The notes under the pieces: model-generated
The model's database searches: none
What the model was told of the DNA's origin: nothing
Seen by the model: only the letters and a program-made list of their open reading frames with translations
Position numbers and translations under genes: made by a program
Source of the DNA: a virus
Virus record (IMG/VR): IMGVR_UViG_3300012953_000016
Location: 32,001-96,000 of that record
Strand: one strand, 5' to 3'
DNA length: 64,000 bases
In this document: positions 39,063-48,467 of the stretch, piece by piece
Layout: the number at the start of each line of letters is the position of its first letter
Position numbering within the stretch: position 1 is the first letter of the stretch

Positions 39063-42000
39063 TATGAATTATCATCCTCTGTCGTTAGTGTAGAAATAGT
39101 AATAAAGAAATCGTTAAATGAGCTATAGTTCTCAGACCTGCGACGTGGCTTAAGCTTTCGAATAGTATGGCCTGAGGCATCTTTTGTTTCTTCAGTCATG
39201 TCTATAAACTCTTTTCTTTCGGCTGCCGTTCTTCCCGCTAGCACTTCTGTTGTTGCAATCATATCAATCTCGAAATCATCAGGATCAACTGGAATCATTA
39301 GTACTCTATCAAATGTACGCGGGGCAAGAATTTGGTTAATCATCGCACAAGGCCCCAGAATTCTAGAAGCACATATCATTCTAAAATGCTGCATATGATA
39401 TGATGACAAGCGAGGCTTTTTGCGAAAAAATCTTCTCCTTAGAAACCTAAACTTCTGATTTTGATACTTTTGCAGCTTCCAATTGTGTTTTCTTCTTTTC
39501 CGGTTTTCCTTGTTTATCCACTTATTTCGCTTCTTAACAACCTTGTTCCAAGCAGACCGGTATTTAGCTACCGTCTTTGTACGATATGGCGGTGGCGGTG
39601 GAGGAGCACTTTTGGAGCCCGGCGGGGGTGGCGGGTTGGCTCTATTACCTGATTTATGATATGTACCATGGCCGGCTAAATATCTTTGCCTTAGCACCAA
39701 AGATTGTTTATGTTGTATAGCTCTTGCATAGCGAGCTTTTCGGGCATTCCATAATCTGGTGTTTGCCTGGCCATGGGTTAAATATTTGTGTCTTCTATAA
39801 TAACCCTTCTTTGTTCCTTTCTCTGCTATTCTTAGGTCTCTTGCTAGCCTAGATAACTGGGCCATGGTGGGACGTGTCCATATTTCTGAGTCTTTGAACG
39901 TTGCAACACGGGTTCGGGGATTATTCTGAATCTTTGTATTTAGCAACAAATTACCTGCTGGGATCGTTCCGGAGTATATCCACCACTTTGTTTTTTCATG
40001 AGCTTGTGCTAGCTGTAACATTTTTGCAGCATCTGCATCAACTAAAAGCTGGCCCCATTCCTCATGTTTTAAGAATGTATTTTCATCTAAAGTTAATCCA
40101 TTGAGTAACCGATAATACAGATGAAGAAGCCTGTTGGTGATATGATTTTGAATCATATCAATACGTTTTTTATCTGGAATACCCCTGTATCTCCAATGCT
40201 TATACAGTTGCATAGCGGTCTTTTCGTAAAGACCATGCTCATTTGCCATCGTAAATTCAGTTGACTTAACCATGGCATCAAAATTCCATGTCCTGACCTT
40301 TCGCCGGCGACCGACGCGGGTAGCAGGTGCAATCTTCTTGAATGCTTCAGGCATTAAAAATACTGATCTATCATAAACAAATTTCTTTGGCCTGAAAACT
40401 ATGTCTTCATATTCTAGATCGCGCTTGTGTACATGAACTTCAAAAACATCCTTAGCTTTGCTTAGCTCAGTATTATTCTTTTTACCCATTGTGTAGGGTG
40501 GGTTCTGGACTATATCAATTGTGTCCATAGGTATTCCAACCGTCATGACACGAATGTTTCCCCCAACCACACCTCGCATCTCTGGTGCATTAAGGAATGA
40601 CTTAAGCGCAGCCATCTCTTCGGCCTCAATTATCATGTCTGCCGGAAGATAAGACGCATCGTTATCTTTTCTAGAGAGCTTCTTAGATGCAACCCGCTGG
40701 AGTGCTAACTGGTGAGGTGTTAATGACTTAAGTACATCTTGTCCAAACTGAGTTTTTGTTTTCCATGCCATGTACCTTCTAATCCTAGATGATTCTATGA
40801 ACCTTCCGGATTGTTTATATTTCTTAGTTGCATTTAGCCCGAAATCTTCTTCTGCCGTATTAAAGAATGTCTTTACATTCGTAGCTGATGTACCTAACGA
40901 ATTGCCTATTGATTGGAGGTGGCTTATTAATAGGTTCTTAAATTCTAGTTCATCTTCAAACGAATTTATGAATGACTGCATATCTGCAAAGACTGCTTCA
41001 GATGATGACGTATTAGATGCTGACTGTAGCGCATCTAACACTGAAAGTTTTCCTTCCATCATGTCACGTGACAAAACAACCTCCTCCGGTTGTTCGGCTG
41101 CATCTTCCCTTTCTTTTATCTGTTTAGCCCTTGATTGGGGATCTTGATTCATGGAAATAGAAAGTACGTCATTAAATGCCTTATATGACCTCTCGTTCGA
41201 CTCTGCATTATACTTTACATAAATCATATTATTGTGGCGAACTAGTTCCGAATCTACGAACCTGGTATATAAAAGAGTGAATATCTCAAAAATTGCAGTT
41301 ATTAGAGCATTTTCATCCCAATTATTATATTTTGTCAAGCGGTTGCTGTCCATGTATACACCACCGGCATCATCACGATCAGCTAGCTCTACGGCATCCT
41401 CCTGGATTTCTCTAGCAATCTTTATGATATGCGAAAATGGAGTATAGTATGATGAATATCCTTCAGCAGATTTCCTAAGCGCTGAGATCATTCCTGATGT
41501 TCTTAATTTTATTATTGATCTTGTATTTGTCTCAGCAGGTGGCCGTCTCTGATCATCCATTATTTTTCTAGCAGTTATTGCAGTCCACAGAGACGTCTTT
41601 TGCCACTTGCTAGCCATGCGATAGTATTCTTTTTTTCTCTCGGCCTCTTCCTCTTTGGCTGCTTTCTTTGCTTGTTTAAACAGCTTTCCAAATGATGATG
41701 TATTTTGTACCAGATTTATAGCAGTATTGGCCGATATATTATACGTCTTCTGGATCCATTCAGCAGTAGCTGGACCATGGGCACGGAAACCTCCAATATT
41801 GCGTAACTGCATCGATGGGTTGGGCGGCCGAGGTAATGGATCGTCAGCATCAGGCTCTAAAAAAGTCTCAGCGCCTGTGTCAATGACCAGCTGATCACGT
41901 GCATCGCGGACTTCAAGGGTAAACCTCAATAGCTTATGTCTCAGCCTAGGGTTCTCCCTAGACAGGTTCATTAGTGCAGCGACTATTAATTGCTGTTCAT

Positions 42001-43702
42001 TTTTATGAGTAGGTGAGCAGGTTCCACGTGTGCAGTGAATGAATGCTTTAACAATTTTAAGGAAGATCGTACGAGCATGTAGGCGTTGGTCTGGATCCTG
42101 CATATTAAGTAATAGCTTTAAATATTCTGAAACATCATCCGTCGTAGCTTTTAATTCCGAACCAAATTCGAAAAATGGCTCAAAATCTAGGCCATCGTAT
42201 AGGTTACCAAACCTCATTATGCCATCGACTAGGGCGGTTGAGCCTGACGTTGCAGTCATACCGTCTTTCGTTGAAAAATCGCGGGTTTCAAATGGTAAAA
42301 TTAAACGATTCCTAGAATCATTTAATAAAACAAATGATGCTAAACTCCCACGCGGCCAGCCATCAGTTAAAATGTCTTTTCTAACCCTACCTAAAGCCCA
42401 CCAATATGGATTATGCAAATCAACATTGAACCTCTTTCCGATACTAGTCCCAGTAAGGTAACCTATACCGGCGGATGTACACATTTCATTTGCAACCGTT
42501 GTCGTTAATACCCTTAATTTATCAGCATCATCAACAGGTAAAGATGCAATAAAACGTGAGTAATTGTTATATTGCGTTGCATCAAATTTATAAGACTTGC
42601 CGCGGCCGCCGCGGGACTTATATTCTCTGTTCCCTAATTTTTGAATTCTGAACTTATAGTATTTTGACTTCGGTATAATCCTGGTATTAATTGAAGTTGA
42701 GCTTTCATCTTCGGCTCGTTCAGTCTCCTTATCCGTTACTAGTCCAGGAGAATGATACCTACAAGCATAATACAGATCATAGATTATTTGCCCATAAACT
42801 TTACTATTACTAAACTTTTTATAACCCTCTTCAGAGAATCCTAGTTCATTAATAAACAAATCCTGTAGAGAAACGTTTTTTCCGGATGAAGTACCCAGCT
42901 CTGATTTCTTCGCATATAGTCTTGCGGTCGAGCCTCTCAATGATAGTGCATTATCTTTTATGTCTAAAGACTTCTTAGCACCTGAAAGTACTTGAAGAAT
43001 TTTTTCTCTCCACTCAAGCCACATCTCTTCTTTCTCAGAGTAGTAGCCATATTTTTGCTCAAGGCGTGTATATACACCCCCAATGTCGGCAGATTTAAGG
43101 GCTTTTATTACCTCTTCAACATTCTCAATTTGAAGCTGGCGCATTGCCCACCTGAACTCTAACATTGATTCAATGTACCCTTTTCTACCAGACGTAGATC
43201 TTGCAGGCATCCAGTCAAATGATGCTATAAGCTCAGGGCGTAAACTTGAAATAGAGTGCTCTAATAAATAACTGTCCATTCCGGCCATGGAACCGATAGG
43301 AATGTTGCTCTTTGAAGACTTTGAATCGACATCTTCAGTAATTTTTTTCCTTGGCGGGTTATATAAGCGTACTGAGCTAAGATCACGAATTGAAAGAGAC
43401 GCAGAGATGCCTGACTGTAGAGTTCGTGAAACAGAGCTTGACGGAATTCTCCTGTATACTGAATAATCGTTGGTTGATTGCTTTCTTCTGGTCTTCATCC
43501 TGCGGCTAACGTTGGCAAATGATACCTTGTTGTTATCAGCTAATGTGTCACCAGAAGATGATGAATCGCTAGCATCAGTAAACGATACTGATACCTTTTC
43601 AGTCCCAGTGGGCTGGGGTGCTGACAGTAAGTCATTCCCATTGTCTACAGGATCTGACTGAATATTCAATGTTGTATATCTTCGTTTATTCTTTATTGCC
43701 AT
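39062..43702 (-). CDS. Large basic, largely helical hypothetical protein, 1546 aa
   Basis: Long ORF with TAATG overlap to the next gene; polyproline and Lys/Arg-rich C-terminal region. Confidence 0.75.
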   Translation of the reverse strand: MAIKNKRRYTTLNIQSDPVDNGNDLLSAPQPTGTEKVSVSFTDASDSSSSGDTLADNNKVSFANVSRRMKTRRKQSTNDYSVYRRIPSSSVSRTLQSGISASLSIRDLSSVRLYNPPRKKITEDVDSKSSKSNIPIGSMAGMDSYLLEHSISSLRPELIASFDWMPARSTSGRKGYIESMLEFRWAMRQLQIENVEEVIKALKSADIGGVYTRLEQKYGYYSEKEEMWLEWREKILQVLSGAKKSLDIKDNALSLRGSTARLYAKKSELGTSSGKNVSLQDLFINELGFSEEGYKKFSNSKVYGQIIYDLYYACRYHSPGLVTDKETERAEDESSTSINTRIIPKSKYYKFRIQKLGNREYKSRGGRGKSYKFDATQYNNYSRFIASLPVDDADKLRVLTTTVANEMCTSAGIGYLTGTSIGKRFNVDLHNPYWWALGRVRKDILTDGWPRGSLASFVLLNDSRNRLILPFETRDFSTKDGMTATSGSTALVDGIMRFGNLYDGLDFEPFFEFGSELKATTDDVSEYLKLLLNMQDPDQRLHARTIFLKIVKAFIHCTRGTCSPTHKNEQQLIVAALMNLSRENPRLRHKLLRFTLEVRDARDQLVIDTGAETFLEPDADDPLPRPPNPSMQLRNIGGFRAHGPATAEWIQKTYNISANTAINLVQNTSSFGKLFKQAKKAAKEEEAERKKEYYRMASKWQKTSLWTAITARKIMDDQRRPPAETNTRSIIKLRTSGMISALRKSAEGYSSYYTPFSHIIKIAREIQEDAVELADRDDAGGVYMDSNRLTKYNNWDENALITAIFEIFTLLYTRFVDSELVRHNNMIYVKYNAESNERSYKAFNDVLSISMNQDPQSRAKQIKEREDAAEQPEEVVLSRDMMEGKLSVLDALQSASNTSSSEAVFADMQSFINSFEDELEFKNLLISHLQSIGNSLGTSATNVKTFFNTAEEDFGLNATKKYKQSGRFIESSRIRRYMAWKTKTQFGQDVLKSLTPHQLALQRVASKKLSRKDNDASYLPADMIIEAEEMAALKSFLNAPEMRGVVGGNIRVMTVGIPMDTIDIVQNPPYTMGKKNNTELSKAKDVFEVHVHKRDLEYEDIVFRPKKFVYDRSVFLMPEAFKKIAPATRVGRRRKVRTWNFDAMVKSTEFTMANEHGLYEKTAMQLYKHWRYRGIPDKKRIDMIQNHITNRLLHLYYRLLNGLTLDENTFLKHEEWGQLLVDADAAKMLQLAQAHEKTKWWIYSGTIPAGNLLLNTKIQNNPRTRVATFKDSEIWTRPTMAQLSRLARDLRIAEKGTKKGYYRRHKYLTHGQANTRLWNARKARYARAIQHKQSLVLRQRYLAGHGTYHKSGNRANPPPPPGSKSAPPPPPPYRTKTVAKYRSAWNKVVKKRNKWINKENRKRRKHNWKLQKYQNQKFRFLRRRFFRKKPRLSSYHMQHFRMICASRILGPCAMINQILAPRTFDRVLMIPVDPDDFEIDMIATTEVLAGRTAAERKEFIDMTEETKDASGHTIRKLKPRRRSENYSSFNDFFITISTLTTEDDNS

Positions 43703-43703
43703 T

Positions 43704-46319
43704 TTATGTTCCTACCACAAACGATGGTTCTGATGTTTCTAACGTTATGTCTTCCGCAGTCACCTCAGTGCCGTATGTATAATCAGCTAGGACAGGTATA
43801 ATACTGTATTCTATCGTTCCAGGTTCACCTGATAGTTCTTTATCCCAAAAATAATACCTTCCGGAATATGATAAGTTATGTGTTGTTCCTACTGTCGACT
43901 TTACACCCTGGAACCTTGCCATCACAATAAAATGGTCAATGTCATCCTGGTCGCCAGTAATCGACCACATTAATAAAGTCTTATTTGTTCCAAGCCTACG
44001 TGCGTTGACCTTGTCAATCTCTGGCTTAAAATCTGGGATCGACGCATCGATTGCTGATTCTATACCTGTCCTACCTTCTATAAATTTATCTTGAGATTTC
44101 ATTCTAGAGCGAGGGTTCACACCAAATGACTGGCCAGTTGACGGTAGCGTACCATTTCGTAAAGTTGAAGGGTTCATGAACTTTGATATTTTCTTTTGAT
44201 ATCTTTTTGCTGTCGTAACATCAATATCATCGCTTAGGGCCGTGTCAAATAACGTTTCTGCACTTCGCATTAATACCCTAACAATATATCTATAAGTCCT
44301 TCCTGCCTGCAAGGAAGAAACTCCTGTATACCTTCTTGAGGTTACATCATCTGCAAATTCCCCAGTACTAAGCACCCCGAATGTTTCTGTTTCTCCGGAA
44401 ACACTGTCTTGACGCTGTACTAAGAAAGCAACAAGGTTATTAAGTTTCTCGCGATCAGACTGCACTTCGCTTATAAAACTTTTTTCTGCGCCGGCTGACT
44501 CTAAGGCCCCTATGATCGTTTCCATTCCTGTATCTGTAAATGAGGGCTCTATATTAAATGATACTGAAGCGTTACCAGTATCATCAGCCTGAATTGTTAG
44601 ACCGGTTAGATTAACAACTATCCTTTCCTCTTCTGAAACTTCTTTATAGAACTCATGAATTTCAGTAATTTTTGACTGAACTTCGTTTCCATTTGGATAT
44701 ACCATAACGCATCTATATTCATATATGTGACCATGGCGGACTGAGGTGTCCTCGAATTCCAGGTCGACTGTATCAGAGTTTATAACCTGCGTTTGGTCCT
44801 CAGGTTCAGAGCCAACTATCCTTGATGAATCATCAAATCTTCTGGTTGTCGGCTTCGAGCTTAAGTCATCCGCCCTTATGTATAGTGCTATAGGGCCTTC
44901 GGGAATATTTGAAACTCTAACTATTACTTTATCACCTTGCGTTTGTGCAAATATTGAAACATGTGTTAATTCTTCAACTGATTTTTTCCCTAGGGACCTG
45001 TGTCTTCTTGGTTTTGCAACCGCATTCCGGAAAGCACTTGAGACCCTTTTCCTGGGCCCAACTGGAATAGCCCTGTAGATACAGGGTGAAGAGTTATTAA
45101 TCCAGTCAACAACCCTCTTTGATCTGTCCTTCTTCGTTAGCCTTATCTTTCTTATAAGTTCATACTTTCTTGCATAGTTTGGTGAGTCTGGATTTAGATA
45201 CTTTCTATATAACCATACCTCTGTGGCGACCCTATCAACTTGCCTAAGGTATACTACATTTTTTCCTACGCTTGATGAACGTGCTATCATTCTAGGTGCA
45301 TAATCCGGAGTTAAGAATTCTTCTATCTCTGCATCATGATTAACAATCCTATGTTTAACATCAAGTACATCACCCTCAGAATTATATAGCTCTATTAAAA
45401 AATGGAGATTCTTTAAGCCCTTAATAGACTTACTTGGTAGCCTAATCTCCTCTGTTATTTCTGCCCAACGCTTTGATACTAACCTTGTTGTAACTTGTGT
45501 CTTACTAGGTAGTAATGATATTGAAGGTGCACGTTTATAGGACTTTTTCCTTAGGCTCCTGCGTAGGTAACTTCCCCACATGTTAGACTTAATTGACTTG
45601 TTACCATGAGATTGAATCATGAACCGGCGATTACCCCTGACCCACCCCTTAAGTGTGCGTTTTCGGCGGTTATTTCTCATATGGCGGCGGTGGGTGTATT
45701 TTCTGTTTGTCCCTTGAAGCGATGACATTAACGAATTAATCGGAAATGAAGCTTCCCCAACAGCCGATGGACATGTTGCATTCGAAAGAATAGACTTTAA
45801 AGCTGCTCTGCGCATTGTTCTGTCGCCACGAGTAGGTGGTTCAACCTTTGATACGCTTAGGTTTGCTTGAGAATCCAGGCTTCCTTTCTCAAGGTTAGCG
45901 GACGGTACCGCTAATATTTGTCTTTGTAGGCCTAAATACTTTTCTGCATTATCTGGATCTTTCTTGATCTTTTTTGCAATCTCATTATTAATATTGCTGC
46001 TAATGTCTGAGAATTTTACAGCTATTGGCTTTGATCTTGCTGTACGAATTCTATTTTTAAGTGTGGTGTCATACTCTTTTAAGCTTTTGACAGCCTCTGC
46101 TGCAGTAGTTACATTTTCAAATATATTTGAGCTAATGATAGGGTTGCTATCATAAACTGAAATTTTTACTAGTATTGCAGAATTTTTTATTGCCCTGGGA
46201 ATGTTTGCCCAATAGCTAACGTCATATACGTACCTACCATATCGGTCAATACCATCGATGTCTGTAAAATCAGACCTAAGGTAGACTATATTTCGAACCT
46301 TTTCACTATTGAACTTCAT
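43704..46319 (-). CDS. Hypothetical virion protein with FN3-like repeats, 871 aa
   Basis: FEDTSVRHGHIYEYRC, LQAGRTYRYIVR, YSIIPV patterns. Confidence 0.7.
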   Translation of the reverse strand: MKFNSEKVRNIVYLRSDFTDIDGIDRYGRYVYDVSYWANIPRAIKNSAILVKISVYDSNPIISSNIFENVTTAAEAVKSLKEYDTTLKNRIRTARSKPIAVKFSDISSNINNEIAKKIKKDPDNAEKYLGLQRQILAVPSANLEKGSLDSQANLSVSKVEPPTRGDRTMRRAALKSILSNATCPSAVGEASFPINSLMSSLQGTNRKYTHRRHMRNNRRKRTLKGWVRGNRRFMIQSHGNKSIKSNMWGSYLRRSLRKKSYKRAPSISLLPSKTQVTTRLVSKRWAEITEEIRLPSKSIKGLKNLHFLIELYNSEGDVLDVKHRIVNHDAEIEEFLTPDYAPRMIARSSSVGKNVVYLRQVDRVATEVWLYRKYLNPDSPNYARKYELIRKIRLTKKDRSKRVVDWINNSSPCIYRAIPVGPRKRVSSAFRNAVAKPRRHRSLGKKSVEELTHVSIFAQTQGDKVIVRVSNIPEGPIALYIRADDLSSKPTTRRFDDSSRIVGSEPEDQTQVINSDTVDLEFEDTSVRHGHIYEYRCVMVYPNGNEVQSKITEIHEFYKEVSEEERIVVNLTGLTIQADDTGNASVSFNIEPSFTDTGMETIIGALESAGAEKSFISEVQSDREKLNNLVAFLVQRQDSVSGETETFGVLSTGEFADDVTSRRYTGVSSLQAGRTYRYIVRVLMRSAETLFDTALSDDIDVTTAKRYQKKISKFMNPSTLRNGTLPSTGQSFGVNPRSRMKSQDKFIEGRTGIESAIDASIPDFKPEIDKVNARRLGTNKTLLMWSITGDQDDIDHFIVMARFQGVKSTVGTTHNLSYSGRYYFWDKELSGEPGTIEYSIIPVLADYTYGTEVTAEDITLETSEPSFVVGT

Positions 46320-46325
46320 AAAACA

Positions 46326-47255
46326 TTACTCAAAAACTATCGTAAACATATTAACGTACGTTTGCATCCCATTGCCATCTTCAAATATCTTACCTGCAAA
46401 ATATACATGTCTCCCAGCTGAGTTTGGATCTGTCTCAGACGGGAATTCCCCAAAATCTATTAATGCTAGCTTCTCAACATTATCCGGCTTGGTCTCTAAG
46501 AACTGCATTACTAGATTATTTTCTCTTGACGTATCTAGGTACTTTAGATCAACATATTCTTTGCCCGCTAATTGTTGCAATAACTCATCATATGTCATGA
46601 TAGAATCTTGGTTCAAGCGGGCATAGTATCCAAGGGGTTCACCTTCTGCATACCCTGGCTTCGGCTTATTAACTGGAGGCATGTACCTATAAAATGGTAA
46701 ATGCTGTAATCGCTGATCTTGGTGTAATGACTCAACCTTCTCTATCTCAATATCAGATATCTCATTGTCTTTAAAGGGTGCTTCATCTGTTATTGCAAAC
46801 GTTACCCCGGCCGGGAAAACCTCGAAGCCGCTAGTGTCACTAAAAATGTCTTTAGTACCTATCACCTGTAGATCTTTAAAGTTATTAGCTGATGATTCGA
46901 GTAGTTCATATATTGCTTCAGGTACATTTGAACCAGTTATTTGCTGGTGTGCACGACCTGAAGCTCTGTATAGTTTACCTCTTCGAATTTTTATATCTGC
47001 CCCTTCAAATGGAAGAAACCTTCCCTCATCATCAGTTTCAAAAATTATCTGATCTTGAGGGCGATGGAAAGACTCTAGAAATATTCTATTGTCTGCATCA
47101 TCTGCAGCATCATCATCATCTTGGCGATAGAATGTGTGCCTATCTGTGAATGTGACAAATTTAATCTTTAGATCGCCGGCGACAATTTGGCGTCGCCCTT
47201 CGCGGGTGATTTGAGTGTCCATCATTCTGGTTTTGCTGTTTAGTATACCGGCCAT
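46326..47255 (-). CDS. Hypothetical baseplate-region protein, 309 aa
   Basis: N-terminus GILNSKTRMMDTQITREGRRQIVAGDLKIKFVTFTD aligns with the N-terminus of the TAA-interrupted gene. Confidence 0.7.
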   Translation of the reverse strand: MAGILNSKTRMMDTQITREGRRQIVAGDLKIKFVTFTDRHTFYRQDDDDAADDADNRIFLESFHRPQDQIIFETDDEGRFLPFEGADIKIRRGKLYRASGRAHQQITGSNVPEAIYELLESSANNFKDLQVIGTKDIFSDTSGFEVFPAGVTFAITDEAPFKDNEISDIEIEKVESLHQDQRLQHLPFYRYMPPVNKPKPGYAEGEPLGYYARLNQDSIMTYDELLQQLAGKEYVDLKYLDTSRENNLVMQFLETKPDNVEKLALIDFGEFPSETDPNSAGRHVYFAGKIFEDGNGMQTYVNMFTIVFE

Positions 47256-47261
47256 GCTTTA

Positions 47262-47268
47262 TAACTAT
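47262..47268 (-). promoter_or_regulatory. Putative late-promoter motif ATAGTTA, possibly giving a leaderless mRNA
   Basis: Motif ends 6 nt before the ATG at 47255. Confidence 0.35.
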
Positions 47269-47341
47269 CCTCTTCCCAAAGTTTCTGAGCATGAAAGACA
47301 TGCACTATAAGCGATTATGTTATAGTAAATCTAACACAAAA

Positions 47342-48466
47342 CTATAGAACGGTATATCTAACTTTTATACGAGCAGAATAAACGGTAACAGTTATTTCTT
47401 CGTTTACGCCTCCAGCACCATCGGTATCAATACCTGTCATTTCACATAACAACCTAATTAATATTGCTGGATCACCAGAAGAGGGATAAGGAGATAGCCC
47501 TGCGTCAAAAGATAGCCCTGCATGTGTCTCTTCAATTACAGTTGTTGTTGCTGTGGTTGGTGCACCTGGAGGTTCGCTTGCCGAAAAATCAGTCCACGTT
47601 GTCCCATCTAAATACTGCAACTTAAATGTATATTCCCATGAATCTGATGCATCATCGGAATCGACGCTAATCTCTGCTACTAAGTCCCATGTTGTTGTGG
47701 ATGTTGTAGAAGCTATATTATAATCATTCCATGGTTCCCATAGAGTACGCGCGAATTCGAGTGCATATGGACCGGGTGAAGATCCTATAGCAATCGTCTC
47801 AGTTACCTTAGATGAAAGTAAAGAAGTACTGAAAGAAAATGTATCTAGCGGCTGGAACCCTACACCTGAAGATCCTGTGGCACCGGCCGGTGGGGTTGGT
47901 ATACCAAAATCAAACTGGGCTGCTGAGACTGTTCCTACATTTGTTACCGTAGGAGTAGATCCTTCTGGCAACATTGTCACGCTGCCAGCAGACAATGTTG
48001 CTGATGGCGTGTTTATTATCGATGTTTCACCGTCTGCAAATCCCAAAGTTACTGTACCGTCTCCGTTGTCAGTAATACTGGTTATCCCTGATCCTTGTGC
48101 ACCTGTTAATCCTATAGGTCCTTGATCACCAGCCGGTCCAGTTGGGCCAGTTGCGCCTGTTGGGCCGCGGGTAGCTGATGATGTAGAAGAGAATGAAGCT
48201 ATTTTCTTTATATCATCCTTAATTGAATCTAGATCTACCGAAACTGTTATTTGTCCCGGGCCTGGGTAACCGACATTTGAGCCTGACTGAATTAGTGTAC
48301 CATATCCGGCAACGATGTAGGGCTTCCCTTCATTCGTTCTTAAGATACTGCCCCTTATTTCTCCGCCATTTTTACCAGAAGATTGAGTTACGATAATATT
48401 CCCACTCGAATCTTTTTTAACTGTGAAGAGTGACTTGTCTTGATCTCTTTTTGTAATTATCGGCAT
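47342..48466 (-). CDS. Collagen-repeat fibre protein, 374 aa
   Basis: GPTGATGPTGPAGDQGPIGLTGAQG (Gly-X-Y); the spacer TMLPEGSTPTVTNVGTVSAAQFDFGIP is typical of phage collagen-like fibres. Confidence 0.75.
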   Translation of the reverse strand: MPIITKRDQDKSLFTVKKDSSGNIIVTQSSGKNGGEIRGSILRTNEGKPYIVAGYGTLIQSGSNVGYPGPGQITVSVDLDSIKDDIKKIASFSSTSSATRGPTGATGPTGPAGDQGPIGLTGAQGSGITSITDNGDGTVTLGFADGETSIINTPSATLSAGSVTMLPEGSTPTVTNVGTVSAAQFDFGIPTPPAGATGSSGVGFQPLDTFSFSTSLLSSKVTETIAIGSSPGPYALEFARTLWEPWNDYNIASTTSTTTWDLVAEISVDSDDASDSWEYTFKLQYLDGTTWTDFSASEPPGAPTTATTTVIEETHAGLSFDAGLSPYPSSGDPAILIRLLCEMTGIDTDGAGGVNEEITVTVYSARIKVRYTVL

Positions 48467-48467
48467 C

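Noticed and set aside
39062-43702. Possible tape measure protein
   Set aside because: No periodic Ala/Gly/aromatic repeats or membrane-like segments, and it is not next to a tail tube gene.
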